From NCBI GenBank assembly GCA_038087875.1, contig CM075988.1, forward strand, positions 16,370,001 to 16,434,000: a DNA stretch of 64,000 nucleotides, in the 5' to 3' direction. The notes beneath the pieces were generated by a model. The model saw only the letters and a list, made by a program, of their open reading frames with translations, was not told where the DNA came from and did no database searches. Both the position numbers and the translations under genes were made by a program. Below are positions 26,296 to 40,159 of this stretch, piece by piece. The stretch comes from Malacoraja senta. Taxonomy: Eukaryota. How positions within the stretch are numbered: the first letter of the stretch is position 1; each line of letters begins with the position of its first letter.

Positions 26296-27921
26296 GTAAG
26301 TGTGATTGAACCGAATGACAGAGAATGGGAACAGGCCCTTCGGCCCACCAACTCCATGCCGAGCATTGTGCTCCTTTGGAATTCACAAGACAAGAGGGAT
26401 GTGGGAACCTGGGCACTGAATATATTTGAGACTGATCAATAGGAATTTTAAACATTAAGGGAAACAAGGGTTCAAGTGGAGAAAGGTGGTGCTGAAGTGA
26501 AAATCAGCTCTGGTGTAATTAATCAGAGCAAACATGGCGGGGCGATTGGCCTGCATCGGTCATTTTTATTTTAGTGCAACTGCATTTTAGTGCAGTTATA
26601 TTTTAGTTGCAGTGCAATAATAACTACTAAATAAGGAAAAGGAACAATTAATTCAGTGACTTTTGCAATCTCTTAAGCTGCTGTGCACCACACTGTAAGT
26701 ACAGAGAGATTTTATTTAGCTTATTACAGCTCTGTTGATCGTTACTCAAGCTATCATCATTACCCTGCAGATCTATAACTTCCAGTAACTATGGTTGCAA
26801 TGTGGGAAATCTGGCAGACAATGTGCACACACAATGTCCTTGGAGACAGTGGAGCCGTGGTCAATTACAGGAAGTCCCAGTAACAAACAAGATCCATCTT
26901 CACAGACGGCCATAAGCTGATTCTGTCCTCAAAGTGGAAAATTGTAAAAATTAGTCCATGGTAACCATCCCTCCGTGGCATTGTAATGAATTGTGCCAAA
27001 AGTACATCAGGCTGTTAAGAAAAAAAGAATTGCTAAATATAGAGAGGCAGAGAGAGGGAGGAAATTAGTTGTGCCATTGGTAGGAATACATGTAAGTACA
27101 TAAATCAAACATTTAGTTTAGTGTAGAGATGCAGCATGGAAGCAGGCCCTTTGGCCCACCGAGTCCACGCTGACCATCACTCACCCATGCTCACTGGTTC
27201 TATGTTATCCCACTTTCTCATCCACTGTCTACACACTCGGGGCAATTTGCAGCTGCCAATTAACCGACAAACCCGCGCGTCTTTGGGGTGTGGGAGGAAA
27301 CCAGAAGAAACTTACCCGGTCACAGGGAGAACATGCAAACTCCACCCAGACAGCACTCAAGGTTAGGATCGAACCTGGGTCTCTGGTGCGGTGAGGCAGC
27401 AGCTCTACCAGCTGCCGTGTCTATGGATTCTAATATTTTGAATTTAATAATATGGGAGTTTGTTTGTATGTGGGGGTGTTCATAAGTTGGGCATTCACAT
27501 CCCTGGAACGGCATGTAATAGTTAGTTAACCTATCCTTAATCATGTTAGATGAGGGGTAAGTGTTGACCAAGGCACCAGGGAGACCTTTACTCATGGACT
27601 CATATAACACATAAACAGGCCCTTCGGCCCAACTTGCCCATGCCAACCAAGATGCCCCTTTTACACCAGTCCCACCTGCCCGTGTTTAGCCCACATCCCT
27701 CGAATCTATTTCAAGAGTTCAAGTTCAAGAGAGTTTATTGTCATGTGTCCCAGATAGGACAATGAAATTCTTGCTTTGCTTCAGCACAACAGAATCCATA
27801 TCCATGTACTGCCGTTCTTTGAATTATAAATGACAGCCTATGGAATATTCAGGAAAAAAATGACAGGGATTGAAATATTTTTTATACAAGGGTTAAATTG
27901 TTAACCATTTGTTTCCTCTAG

Positions 27922-28041
27922 GTACTTTGCTGCAATTTAGCGGTGGATGCAATACAGTTCCCCGTGTCTGTCACTCAGCAGTCTCCAGCTGCCGTGTCTA
28001 TGGATTCCTACCAAGTCATCCTGGCTCCACTTCAGGCTCAG
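27922..28041 (+). CDS. C2CD2L: C2CD2L exon, VLCCNLAVDAIQFPVSVTQQSPAAVSMDSYQVILAPLQAQ
   Basis: ttcctctAG / GTAATC, phase 0/0; conserved FPVSVTQQSPAAVSM motif. Confidence 0.94.
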
Positions 28042-28898
28042 GTAATCAGTGTAGTTAAACAGCATGGAAACAGGCCCTTTGGCCCATCGTGCCCAGGCAA
28101 CCCATCAATCCTATGCTCGTTCTACATCTCCTCTTGCCCCCTCATCACCTCCACCTGCTTCTCCCACCCGATTCTTTTACCAGCGACCTGCACTACCCCC
28201 CTCCCAGCTTTCCAGTCTCTGATGGTACACTGAACCCACCAACTCAAGAAGGGGTTCTTAAGTGCAGACCTGTCAGCATGGCACAGAAGTTGGAGCGATT
28301 TCATTATTATAGCAGCGCAAATGAATTTGGATCCTTGTCAGAAGTGACTAAAGTGTTGAACGGGTTCAATAGGGTCAATGTGGAGGAATAATAATCCTCT
28401 AATGAGAGCTGAATGTTGGGGAGTAATGTGGCGGTGAGAATTTACAACCTCCTGTCAAAACACTGTAGATGTCGCCTAGTGTATCGATTTCAAAAGCAAG
28501 TTCAATACATGATTGGCAGGAAAGGGTTTTCATAAGTTCATACGTTCTAGGAGCAGAATTAAGCCATTTGGCCCAACAAGTCTACTCCGCTCTTCAGTCC
28601 CTCTCAAACCCATTCTCCTGCCATAACCCAACACTAATCAAGAATTTGCCAATCTCCGCCTTAAAAATATCCATTGACTTGGCCTCCATAGCCATCTGTG
28701 GCGATGAATTCCACAGATTCACCACCCTCTGACTAAAGAAATTCCTCTTCCTCTCCTTTCTTTTATTCTGAGGCTGTGGCCTCTGGTCCTAGACTCTCGC
28801 ACGAGTGGAAACATCCTCTCCAAATTCACTCTTCCAGGCCTTTCACTATTCCCGAAGGATGTTTAGATGGATTCGGATTCATTGAAGGAAAATGGGAG

Positions 28899-29840
28899 TA
28901 CGATACGATACGATATTACTTTATTGTCAGTACAAAGTCTGAAATGTGTTTTGCATCGCAGCAGCTCCATTTACAGCATCACCTAAAAGATCACAGAGAC
29001 TTGACAAGTCAAGCATTAAGACATCAAGACAGGACCCAAAAATACATACATTCAGCACATTACTATAACAGAAGACAACATTTGAGGCCCATCAGCGTGC
29101 AGTTGATCTGGGATTAAGTGGCGTATTTAGTTCGAGGATTGACTGGTGCACAAAAGAGGACGTCAGTCTAACATTCAATTTTGGAACCCTATATCTCCGG
29201 TTTGATGGTAACAAATTGTACTCACTGTTCAGAACGTGGTTGGGGTCAGAAGAAATATTGTTGGCCATCCTTAGTATGTTTTTATGGTAGGATGATTCAT
29301 ACAATTTCTGAAGTGGTTGACCTACAATCTTTGAGCAGATTTTTAATTGTTGGAGCAGTTTTGATTTTGTAGCAGCAGACAAACACTTGTACCATGTAAT
29401 CTTACACTATTGCAAAACACTCATTATCACAGCGGTAAAAAAATAACAAAAGGATTTGTCTATTTGCTCCGAAAGATCTAAGTCAGCGGAGAAACCAGAT
29501 TCTTTGTTTTGTCTTATTGCAAATCATATCAATGTGGTCAATCCATGATAACTGATGGTCTATCGTTACTCCCAAGTATTTAAATGAAAATACCTGCTTG
29601 ATTTTTTTCATAATGGATAACAAGAGAAACTTTATGAGAGTCTTTGTGTTAATCTCAAGGGCATTATTATCAGTCCACTCGACCAGTTTGTTCACGCCGA
29701 GTTGGTGCAGCCCAGGGTTACTTAACAGAGATAATAGAACTGTATCATCTGAGTACTTTAGAATATATTGATTCGGTGTATCTGTACGCAATCATCAGTG
29801 TAAAAGGTAAAAAGCATAGCTGAACTCACACAACCCTGTA
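28899..29840 (-). mobile_element. Rex1/Babar-like LINE 3' fragment
   Basis: RT motifs KYSDDT, FKYLGVTID..LSW, QRIWFLR, RRYRVPK..SF; (TATCG)n tail. Confidence 0.8.
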
Positions 29841-31541
29841 GGGGATGTAATTTGGCATGCCTGGAGCTGGTCGGAATGGCTCCCTCCTGCACCCAATGTT
29901 CTCCACAGCATCATCCCGAAGGTGGTTGGAATGTTCTCATGAAAAAATAATTAACAAATAAGCAAATAAGCCCTGCTTAGAGTTACTTGCCTGCTATTGT
30001 TTGGCTACCTATTGATGCCAGCGACTCCTTTTTGTGCCTTAAAATTGCTTCACAGCAATTTTATTTTTAGATTTTAGAGATACAGCGCAGAGCATTCAAC
30101 CCACCAAGCCCCCGCTGACCAGCGCTATCCTACCCACTCGGGATCATTTACAATTTTTTACTGAAGCCAATTAACCTACAAATCTGCACCTCTTTGGAGT
30201 GTGGGAGGAAACCGGAGCACCCGGAGAAAACCCATGGTTAACCCATAGTTTTGGGTCGAGACCCTTCCTCAGAGGGAAGGATCTCGATCCATATAGTCAC
30301 CCATTTCTTCTCTCCAGAGATGCTGCCTGTCCCGTTGAGATATGTTATGTCTATCCTCATTGTTCTGAACTCCAGACAATATATTACTGATTGTATTCAT
30401 TTTATTTTCTTTGTGGGATACTTCTCGTGTGCCAGGAATTATTTATTTACTGAGTTGCTATGGGAGAGGCCAGTATCTATTGCCTGGCCATTATCACCCC
30501 ACAGAAGGTGAGCTACTCTCTGGTGCCACTGCATTCTTTCTGGTGAATACACCCACTGTGCTGTTGAGTAGGTGGGGCCAGGATTTAGATCTAGCAGTGT
30601 GAATGAACAGCAACATATTTCCACGTAAGGCTGTTATGCAGTTTGGAAGAAAAGCTCCAGGTCATTATATTCCCCTTCCTTCTGGAGAGTAGAGATCACA
30701 AGTTTATGAAGCACCGTCTGAGCAGCCTGAGAAATTAATTGCACTGCGTTTTGTGCATTGTGGCTATGGTGGAATGCTTTGTTTGGCGTAGATCAAAGTG
30801 ATTAGAATGGATCAGTCAGTTGACACGTAGAAAGAAGCCCCAAGAGAGCTTCTTCCCTCGCTCTCTTTCTAATTTCTCCATCACTAAACTAGTTCAATGC
30901 AGAGAAAACAGCCAGACGGCCAGTTCGCTCCCCTGTCCCTTGTTAACGAGCTGTTTTTAATTGATAAAAGCAGAACAAAGATACATGACACTGCTGTGCC
31001 TTCCTGTAATGGCGCCACCTGTCTCCCAGCGGATTGAGAGCAAGCAGGATCTCACATCAAGGAATCAAGCAATTATTACTGAAGAATAAGCTGGAATAAC
31101 TCAGCGGGTCAGGCAGTACCCCTGGAGAACATGGATAGGTGATGTTTCGGGGTCGAAACTCTTCTTCAGAGTGATTGCAATTATTATTATTATTATGCAG
31201 AAAAAAAGCACTTAAATTCTTTGAAACTGAATAGCAAAAAACATAATGGCTACTAAGAGCTGCCTGTTAATGCGAATTTATTGCAAAGATGGTAAGAAAT
31301 CAATGTAATTTTTCCTACCTATATATTCTTAAATTGTTTATTTGATGACATGAGATTATTATTCTTTGCTGAAGAAGGGATTGTGAAGGCATTACTCATA
31401 AATTAGACTGCTGCTGCAGGCACTCACATTTGCAAGCTGTAATCTGGTTACACTATTTGATTCATGAAATCTAATACAAGGTGGAAATTAAGGAGATCTT
31501 TATTTTTTCCATTTGGCGCAGCCAAATACAGTAATATATTG

Positions 31542-31749
31542 TGTTGGAAGGAACCGCAGATGCTAGTTTGCACCAAAGATAGACACGAAATGCTGGAGTA
31601 ACTCAGCGGGCCAGGCTGCATCACTGGAGAGAAGGAATGGGTGGTCAAAGTCATTCTGAAGATGGGTATCGAACTGAAACGTCACCCATTCCATCTCTCC
31701 AGAGATGGTGCCTGTCCCGCTGAGTAACACCAGCATTTTGTGTCTATTA
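31542..31749. mobile_element. Fold-back PLE pLTR element
   Basis: Inverted arms; TSD ACAG(T/A)AATATATTG (31528, 31750). Confidence 0.8.
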
Positions 31750-32380
31750 ACAGAAATATATTGGTTCTAGATAAAACACCTTTGAAGGAGGTGCTGGCTC
31801 CTCTGTTCATTGTTCAGTATACCACATGCTCAAGGTGCCAGTATTAATGTGTATTGTGAAATAAAAACAGAAAATACTGACAACACCTAGCAGGTCAGGA
31901 CACTGGGAAATGTGATGGAAGAGAATTCATATTTCTGGTCAATTATTTTAAGACAGATTTTGGATGCAAAAGATGTTTTAAACTGCGGGGTGAGGGCAGA
32001 GGGGTGTGGAGGACAACCGGAAGGGTCTGGGATGAGAAGGAAGGCAGGAAAAATGGATTGGCTGAAGACATGGTGATACGAGGTGAAAGTAGACGGCAAT
32101 AGATCCAGAGAACTTGTGATCCAAAAGCAAAATATTTCTAGAAATCTCTGAAATCAAAGCTGAGAATGCTGGAAACACTCAACAGGTCAGGCAGCACCTG
32201 CGGTCAGACTGAATGTTTCAGGCTGAAGGGGTTTTCATCAGAATTGAGAACATATTTGAAGTTTCAAGTTGACAGAGGTAGGAGAGGCAGTGAGGACAAA
32301 AAATGGATGTGTGTGGATAATGTACATTCGACGGGACATCTGTTTGCTGTTTGGTGAACTGGTTTATTTTGTTATTGCAG

Positions 32381-32488
32381 ATGGAGATCTGTTTGGAAGA
32401 AGCAGAGATCAAAGGGCTGCTGGTCACTTGGTCGTTCAAGGAGCCTCCTGCTCTGTCCCTCACGGTCACCCCTAAACTGCAGAGAGGG
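32381..32488 (+). CDS. C2CD2L: C2CD2L exon, MEICLEEAEIKGLLVTWSFKEPPALSLTVTPKLQRG
   Basis: ttattgcAG / GTAAGG, phase 0/0; resembles human [23 protein letters not shown]. Confidence 0.92.
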
Positions 32489-32705
32489 GTAAGGGAATGC
32501 GAAAAACTAGTTTAATAATTTAATTTTACTTGATACTAGAATTGTAATCGAGTGATGATATGTGAATAGGGGAACAAGATTTACATTCAAAGGCGATTCC
32601 ATTTGTTGACCTACGGATCACCTGTCCTTGTGTGGAAGTCAGACAATTTCTGCTGCTTGCTGCTCCTTGTGATTTCATCCATGTGATGGTTGACCAGCAC
32701 ACAAC

Positions 32706-33136
32706 CAATGATTTCTTTTATTTTTTATTTATCATTATACTTATGGGCGCCTATAGCGAGCAAGATAGTCCACCCGATGAAAAAGACGTAGTACGATCAT
32801 GGGCAGATTCATGGGTAATTTAAGGCCCCATTTCCATAACCGGCTTCCGTCTCCGCACCAAAGATCCCATAGGATACTAGTGCGGAGACGGAAGTCGGTT
32901 ACGGAAACAGCCTCGTAAAAATAAAAGTTCTTTGGTAAAAATCTTCTCCTCATTTTCAGAATTTAAATTTATTAACACAAACTGTTCCCCCGCAACGTTG
33001 ATTACACTGTGAGTCGGGTCGGGTCCGGTTACGGAAATGGATGAAAAAAAGGCCCACGTTCCACCCGGTGCATGCTACACGTCAGCCCATTGCATTTAGA
33101 AGGAGTGGTCTATCTTGCGCCGCTATAGGATCTTTG
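32706..33136. mobile_element. Non-autonomous DNA transposon with CA(A/T)..GAT / ATCTTTG ends (P-element-like)
   Basis: 8-bp TSD CACACAAC (32698, 33137); subterminal IR CCTATAGCG..GCAAGATAG; central palindrome. Confidence 0.65.
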
Positions 33137-34582
33137 CACACAACGATCTGTGAAGTGTTCCAATGAGTCAAGAATGTTGAATTGTCACATGTACTGAAAC
33201 GGAACAATGAACTTCCTACTTGGAACAGCATAACAGGTTTGTAAACACAGGACTCAATAGATAGCTTAATACGACAAACATAAAAAAGGTCAATAAATAG
33301 AAAAAATATATTAGTGCAATACGAAACAAAAGCCTGAAGTCTCCAGTACAACCAAGAGAGTTTGTAGTTTAGTTGGTATTTGTAGTTTTCAGTAGCCTGG
33401 TGGTTGTTGGGAAGAAGCTGTTCCTGAACCAGGCTTTAAGACTCTTATACCCTCTTCTCGAGGCATGATAACAGACTCCTATAACTTCTTCCCTAGGCAC
33501 AGGGAACAATGAAAACAGATTAGGAAAAGTGTTATTTATGTATCAATGTCTCAGTGAGGAAGTATTAAATGGAAGTCATTACAGATGACAGAAAGCTTTC
33601 TGTTCTCCATGTGTTGCAGGTCACAGGTCAATTATACTTTCCTGAGTATCTGAAACTGAATCCCCAGATAATTTGAGTTTTCTTTATAAAACAACCTGTG
33701 CTTATTACTGTGTTAACAATCAGTTGGTACAACAGTGAATGGTGAAAGCTTTCCTGTTCTTTGTTTTTTAACAGCAAAAGTGTGCTTTAAAACTCTGTCC
33801 TGAAACCACATTCATATAATAAACCATCACAAATGTCTTTATACTTGGAAGAGCGACAACCTGATCCAGATCACCACCCTTTCCACATCATTGTAAGATA
33901 GTGCTGGAGACTGCTGATTCTTTAATGCTGGTCCCAGAGGAGAATCTACTATCATCCGATACAATCATCCTACTCTTTTCAACCTCATTACTACCTGTAA
34001 ATCTAGCACCATTTCTAGATGTTAACTATATTCTGCACTCTGAATCTTTCCTATTGTACCCGAGTGTGGTTTAATTATATTTATATTTTGTATTGTCTGA
34101 TTTGATTGGATAGCATATGAAAGAAAGCTTTTCATTGCACCTTGGTACGCGTGACAATTTAAACCTAAACCTTGATCTTCTAGTTAGTGTTAGTCTACCA
34201 TTGCTATTTTCAAGGCATCACCATCAGTGGATCAATCTTCCAGTTTTTACCTTTCATAAAGCAATGCATTGCGGTAATGCATGCATGGCATTCACAACAT
34301 TTTGTAGCCAGGAGCAGTGTAGTGCAAGTTGGTATTTCTTCAGAATATCTGCACAATTATGTGTGTCCATGTCACCTGCGTGATTCCCTTTGTCAAATTG
34401 ATGTTAGACTTCTCTTCAGCATTTGCTCAAAGCCAGCAGACCACACGTGGAGGAGACGGCTGTTACTTCTGTCGGATCTTTTGTGTTGTTGTCTGTGTTC
34501 TGTGTTCTGCTAGCAAGTCAATTCTGCAACACGACACACTGGGAGCTGCTGGATTTATTTACTTGTATTTTTGTCTGCACAG

Positions 34583-34696
34583 GGGAATGATGGAAAAGCC
34601 GACATCTCCACCATCAAAGAATTGATTGAAGATACAATTGTCAGCACCAGTCCAGCCATGTTGATCAATCTCAAGGCACATATAGGAAACAATGTG
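34583..34696 (+). CDS. C2CD2L: C2CD2L exon, GNDGKADISTIKELIEDTIVSTSPAMLINLKAHIGNNV
   Basis: tgtctgcacAG / GTAGGT, phase 0/0; resembles human [22 protein letters not shown]. Confidence 0.92.
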
Positions 34697-35939
34697 GTAG
34701 GTAACACAAGTATTACTTGTATAGGAAAACAAGAATGTTTTATTGAAATTCTTACGCTGCAGCACAACAGAATATGTAAACATAGTACACTGTAAACAAT
34801 ATGATAAACATCCCCCTCTATCACAGTATCGTACATAAGTGCTTATAGGGTATAGTTCTTTGCTTCTTTTTTAACCACAGGGGTGGCACAGCGCCAGAGA
34901 CCCGGGTTTGATCCTGACCTCCGGTGCTGTCTGTGCGGAGTTTGTACGTTCTCCCTGTGACCGCATAGGTTTCCTCCGGGTGCTCTGTATCCCTCCCACA
35001 TTCCAAACACATGCAGGTTTGTAGGTTCATTAGTTTCTGTAAATTGCCCCCAGTGTGTAGGACATGGAACTAGAGTACGGGTGATCAATGGTCATCGTGG
35101 ACTCGCTGGGCCAAAGGGCCTATTTCCATGCTGTATCTCTAAAATTTAAAAAACATGCCAGAAGATAGCAGGATCATAGTTATTTCTGAAAGGCTTTTTT
35201 AGTTTCGCAATGATAAAAGTGGATATGGGGCAGGGGGCACGCAACAGGCAGAACTGCATTTGCTGGCTGTTGTACCACTCAGCCACTATCCTGTTGAAGT
35301 CAGTGGTCACTGGTCACCTAGTGTTGGAATCAGAGACTAGATAGGTGAGAGAGTATATAGTGATGGTTGACAGCCCATGTGTTGCTGCGCAGAATAAGTG
35401 GAGTATAATTTCTGTTCACCCCCTGTACAGTTTTCTCTTGTCAGCATTGTGTTATGAATTTTGCTGCCACCACTGCTCTCACATCCATGATTAATTGGCG
35501 GATAAGTTCCATGATAGGCACGCAGTGGCACAGGAGTAGAGTTGCGCCACGCTCTTCGTACGGAGTTTGTACGTTCCACCTGTTACCGCGTGGGTTTACT
35601 CTGGGTGACCTTAGTTCCTTCCACTTCCAAACTCAGTTTCCTTCCACACTCCAAAGATGTGCAGGTTTGTACAGGCTAATTGGCTTTGGTAAGAATTGTA
35701 CATTGTCCCAAGTGTATAGGGTAGTAGTAGTATACGGACGGGGTGATCGCTGGTCAGCGTGGACTCGGTGGGCCGATGAGCCTGTTTCCATGATGTATCT
35801 CTAAAGTAAACATTAGCATTTTGCTGGAAATCCAGTGACCGAGGCTGGTGTCTGTAATTGGAACCATGAAAGCACAGATTTGTCCCAATGGAATTCATGC
35901 TAATCTGTCCAAGTAATAATTTCTTTACCTTCCATTCAG

Positions 35940-36057
35940 GTGCCAGGGGAGAAACTTGGTAAGACATCAGCTCCCCCATCAAAGGTCGCTCTAAATACGT
36001 GGGGGAAGCTGGTGATCAGACAGCTGAAGGCAAATATCAGCAGAGTGGAAGAAGCGG
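35940..36057 (+). CDS. C2CD2L: C2CD2L exon, VPGEKLGKTSAPPSKVALNTWGKLVIRQLKANISRVEEA(G)
   Basis: ttccattcAG / GTAAGG, phase 0/1, joins neighbouring exons in frame. Confidence 0.87.
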
Positions 36058-37919
36058 GTAAGGCTTTTGGATTACATGTGAGGCTATTGATCCCCTAATT
36101 TGGTGAAGCTCGGAGTGCCCTTCAGTTATTGACAGGGAGATGATCATTTGGGTTCCTGCATTAGAGAGCAGAAAGAGGTTCAGCTCATAAATATGTCAAG
36201 TCTTCTTCCATGTTCCATCTTCCTCTCCATTAAAGAACAACCTAATTTTCTTTTAAATGTATCTTAAGAATTCTGCTTTAACAATGGTTTGTGACAAAGT
36301 ATGTGAACGAATTTGTTCCCTTTTGAAATTGTTGGTCTTCATTGTTCAGAAGACTTCTCTCACGTCACCTTCTAGTCTGTACTGAAAGACTGCTTCAGTT
36401 CATGTTCATTCCTGATATTGTCCTACATTTTCTGTGCAAGAATATGGCACAAATGTGCAGTCTAAGTAGTCGCAGGAGGTTCAGTGCCTTTGTAACGTTT
36501 GGTGTCAAAGCTTAGGGAGCTACACAAGTGGCTTTTTAGTCGACATATTGTTCCCGTGGAGAAGGGCAGAACTGGGAAGAAAATAACATCAAAGAGTCAA
36601 TAGTCAAGAGTGTTTAATTGCGATATGTGCTGGCAACAGAATAAAATTCTGACTTGCAGCAGCTTGACAGGGCAGTAAACGCAATACACACAGATAAATA
36701 TAATATATTGTTTTTAATTCAATCAATTAATACCATAATACTGGTGCATAAAAACAAATTTGTAATACAACCAAAGACACAGTCCACAGAAGTTCATAGT
36801 TGCTGGGATTTGTGTTATGTTGTGTTCAGGAGCCTGATGGTTGCTGGAAAGAAGCTATTCTTGAACCTGGTGATCACTGATTTCAGTCCCCTGTATTTTC
36901 TTCCCAATGGTAGGAGGAAAATGAGTGCGGTCAGGGTGGGGAGAGACTTTGATGATATTGGCTGCCTTTTTGAGGTAGTGCCTGCAATAAATCCTTTCTT
37001 CAAAGGGAGAAATATTAGTAACAAATGTCACACTGGAGGAGGGGCAATGTACGCATCACCCACTTTCCCCTTATTTACAGTCTCAGACATTCGGTTCAAG
37101 GTATCCTGTAAATAACAAGCCAAACATTTCCCTGTCAGAAGCGGAGAAGATGGGAGGAGGTTATTGATGGGTTCACATCGATTGTTGGCTGCAAAGTGGT
37201 TGTAGAAGAAAATGAGATGGGAAATCGTAATGGACATTAAATCCGCCAGTTGGAGACAATTGAAGAAAAGGCTATATTGACAATTGCCTTTGCATCCTTG
37301 GCAGGGGACAAATTGCTTCACACTAAATCAAATACTTCTAATGCAATTTTGCAGTCAACGGAAGTATTTTCTGGACACAAGGTGCCGCCAACAGTATTGA
37401 ATGATTTTGCAGTCTTAATTAGAGAAGGGCATAATCTCGAACATTGCAGCACCCTCTCCATTATGCATCGAAATGTCGGCACAGATTATGTCATAGTATC
37501 ATAGAGTTACGGTGTGGAAACGGGCCCTTCGGCCCGAATTTGTCCACTCTAGCATTTGGCCCATATCCCTCTAAACCTGTCCTATCCATGTACCTGTCTA
37601 AATGTTTCTTAAACTTGCGATAGTACCTGCTTCCACTACCTCCTCCGCCTGCTGATTCCATACGCCTACCACCATTTGTGTGAAAAGGTTATCCTGCAGG
37701 TTCCTGTTAAATCTTCCCCCCTCCCCCCTCACCTTAAACCTATGTTCTCTGGTTCTCTGTGTACATCTGGCAGTGGGACTTTAACCACCAATCCCCCTAA
37801 TTCAGGGAGCACTGAGCAATGCCAAACATCTTAACTGTCGTGAGAACATCGCTGCCGTCATGGATTATAGCTGCACAATCTTGCTGTGTGACCTGATGTT
37901 TTTATCTTGTAACTTGCAG

Positions 37920-38043
37920 GTTGTGGAGAGTTGTGTTGTGTGCTGGAACTTGACAGTCCCTCACAGATGAAACGAACAAGATCTGTGTTGCCCAAGTCCC
38001 AGAGCCCAAACTCTGTTCTGAAGTGGAACGATGAAGTAATCTT
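37920..38043 (+). CDS. C2CD2L: C2CD2L exon (C2 domain), CGELCCVLELDSPSQMKRTRSVLPKSQSPNSVLKWNDEVI(F)
   Basis: aacttgcAG / GTGAGC, phase 1/2; ELCCV.ELD.P motif as in human. Confidence 0.91.
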
Positions 38044-38288
38044 GTGAGCATCTTTATATGGTTCATCGCGTATACCTTACTGCAAGATAAGGAATCTTAA
38101 GAGATGAAATATTTCCAGAATCTAGCCAGAAGATCATCATAGGACAGAGATAGATTTAAGTGCAGATTCCATGTGTCGACCACAGGATAAGTTGACAGTT
38201 TAAGAATCCTGAAATATTCTGCTGCTTTGACAAGTGGATCATTATGTTCTAACTGTTGGTCAAATTGACGAGTATCTAATCAACAAAA

Positions 38289-38940
38289 GTAGACACAAAA
38301 TGCTGGAGTAACTCAGCGGGTCAGGCAGCATCTCTGGAGAGAAGGAATGGCTGATGTTTTGGGTCAAGACCCTTCTTCAGACTGATGTCAGGGAAGTGGG
38401 CGGGACAGAGATAGAATGTAGTCGGAGACAGTGAGACTGGTTGGAGAACTGGGAAGGGGAAGGGATGGAGAGAGAGGGACAGTAAAGGTTATTTGAAGTT
38501 AGAGAAGTCAATGTTCCTACCGCTGGGGTGTAAGCTACCCAAGCGAAAATATGAGGTGCTGTTCCTCCAATTTGCACTGGGACTCACTCTGACAATGGAG
38601 GAGGCCCAGGACAGAAAGGTCAGATTGGGAATGGGAGGGGGAGTTAAAGTGCTGAGAAACGGGGAGATCAGGTAGGTTGAGGCGGACTGAGCGGAGGTGT
38701 TCAGCGAAACGCTCGCTGAGCCTGCGCTTGGTCTCACTAATATACAGGAGTCGACACCTGGAACAGCGGATACAGTAGATGAGGTTGCAGGAGGTGCAAG
38801 TGAACCTCTGCCTCACCTGAAAAGACTGTCATGGTCCTTGGATGGAGTCGAGGGGGGAGGTAAAGGGACAGGTGTTGCATCTCCTGGGGAGGGGGTGGTT
38901 TGCGTGGGAAGGGACGTGTTGACCTGGGAGTTGCGGAGAA
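38289..38940 (-). mobile_element. Penelope-like element fragment
   Basis: ORF 38535-38816 (-) GIY-YIG; pLTR at 38289-38385. Confidence 0.85.
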
Positions 38941-39122
38941 GTGGAGACAGCATAAGTCACAGCATCAGATGGCACACAAAGAGGCCATCCATCTGGTGGT
39001 TTGAAAGATGTGCCTAATTGCTCCGGCCCACTCCGAGTTTCTTTTTGCTATACGATTGCCTGGCATTAAGCACTTCACTGTTGTGTCTTAAGTAACATGA
39101 TGTGTTTTGTGTTCCTCGCTAG

Positions 39123-39187
39123 TGAGTTGGGAGCAGGAAGCAAGGAAATGAAAGTGAAAGTCCTAGTAAAGTCTGAACAAAGTGAGA
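39123..39187 (+). CDS. C2CD2L: C2CD2L exon, ELGAGSKEMKVKVLVKSEQSE
   Basis: ttcctcgctAG / GTAAGT, phase 2/1, 65 nt, keeps the frame. Confidence 0.88.
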
Positions 39188-39300
39188 GTAAGTATCTATT
39201 TGAAGCAAGAAGATCCTCATTTACAACATATGTTGAGATAGCAAGGGTGCCGTTTACGGATCTAATTGCTCACAGAACCTGCACGTTCACTATTTTCCAG

Positions 39301-39428
39301 ATGTGCTATTGGGACAGAGTGTGATTCCACTGGATTTATCCCAGAGATCACCATCTGGATGCCAGAGCTTTCCATTAGCAGCCTCTCCAGAAACGTCGAA
39401 CACTTCTGCTGGATCAGTCTCGCTGGAG
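39301..39428 (+). CDS. C2CD2L: C2CD2L exon, (N)VLLGQSVIPLDLSQRSPSGCQSFPLAASPETSNTSAGSVSLE
   Basis: tattttccAG / GTAGTC, phase 1/0; LLGQ C2 strand. Confidence 0.88.
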
Positions 39429-40159
39429 GTAGTCTTACTCTCCTACCTTTCATCTTTATTAGTTGCTTTCATTTTCCTCGTCTCAGGTCATTGTTGGTCT
39501 GTGCTGTTGTCTGCGTGATTGTTCCTCCTTTAGTGAGAAGGCTATGACATGTTCTTGAGCCAGTGGGTACTTAAATCGAAGCATCCAGTTTTCCGTTCAT
39601 TATGTTGTTGCCATGAATTTGCGAATTGGTTACCGCAACACGGATCCCACAAGTATCTTCCAGCTGCATCCTCCTCTCAGCAATGATAAAGAGTGAAACT
39701 GAAAACAATAACTTTGAAAGGCTTGAGGTAAAAATTATCCTCCAGTCTCTTCTGCCAATTCTGAAAAATATTTTATATTTAGTATAAAAAAAAACAAAGG
39801 TGATTTTCTATCCCTCTGACTTGTACGAGTGAATACTTAACATCCGAGGGCCTGACGGATTCACGTTCAAACCCTGGTCTCTGCAGATATCAAAGAATTG
39901 TGAAAGCAAGATACTGTTGATTCTGGAAATCAACACCTCATAAAGATAGCGGAGTCAGGGGATATGGGGAGAAGGCAGGAATGGGGGTACTGATTGGGGA
40001 TGATCAGATTGAATGGCGGTGCTGGCTCGAAGGGCCGAATGGCCTACTCCTGCACCTATTGTCTACAATGAATGTTGGAAGAGTACAGTGGGTGTAGAGA
40101 CGCGGGAGGAAGTAGAGATGGCTCATATAGTATTAAATATTCAACGTTTTATTTCACAG

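Noticed and set aside
30930..31030. Intronic cluster of SOX, GATA, ETS and CTCF-like motifs
   Set aside because: Short motifs expected by chance; needs conservation or chromatin data
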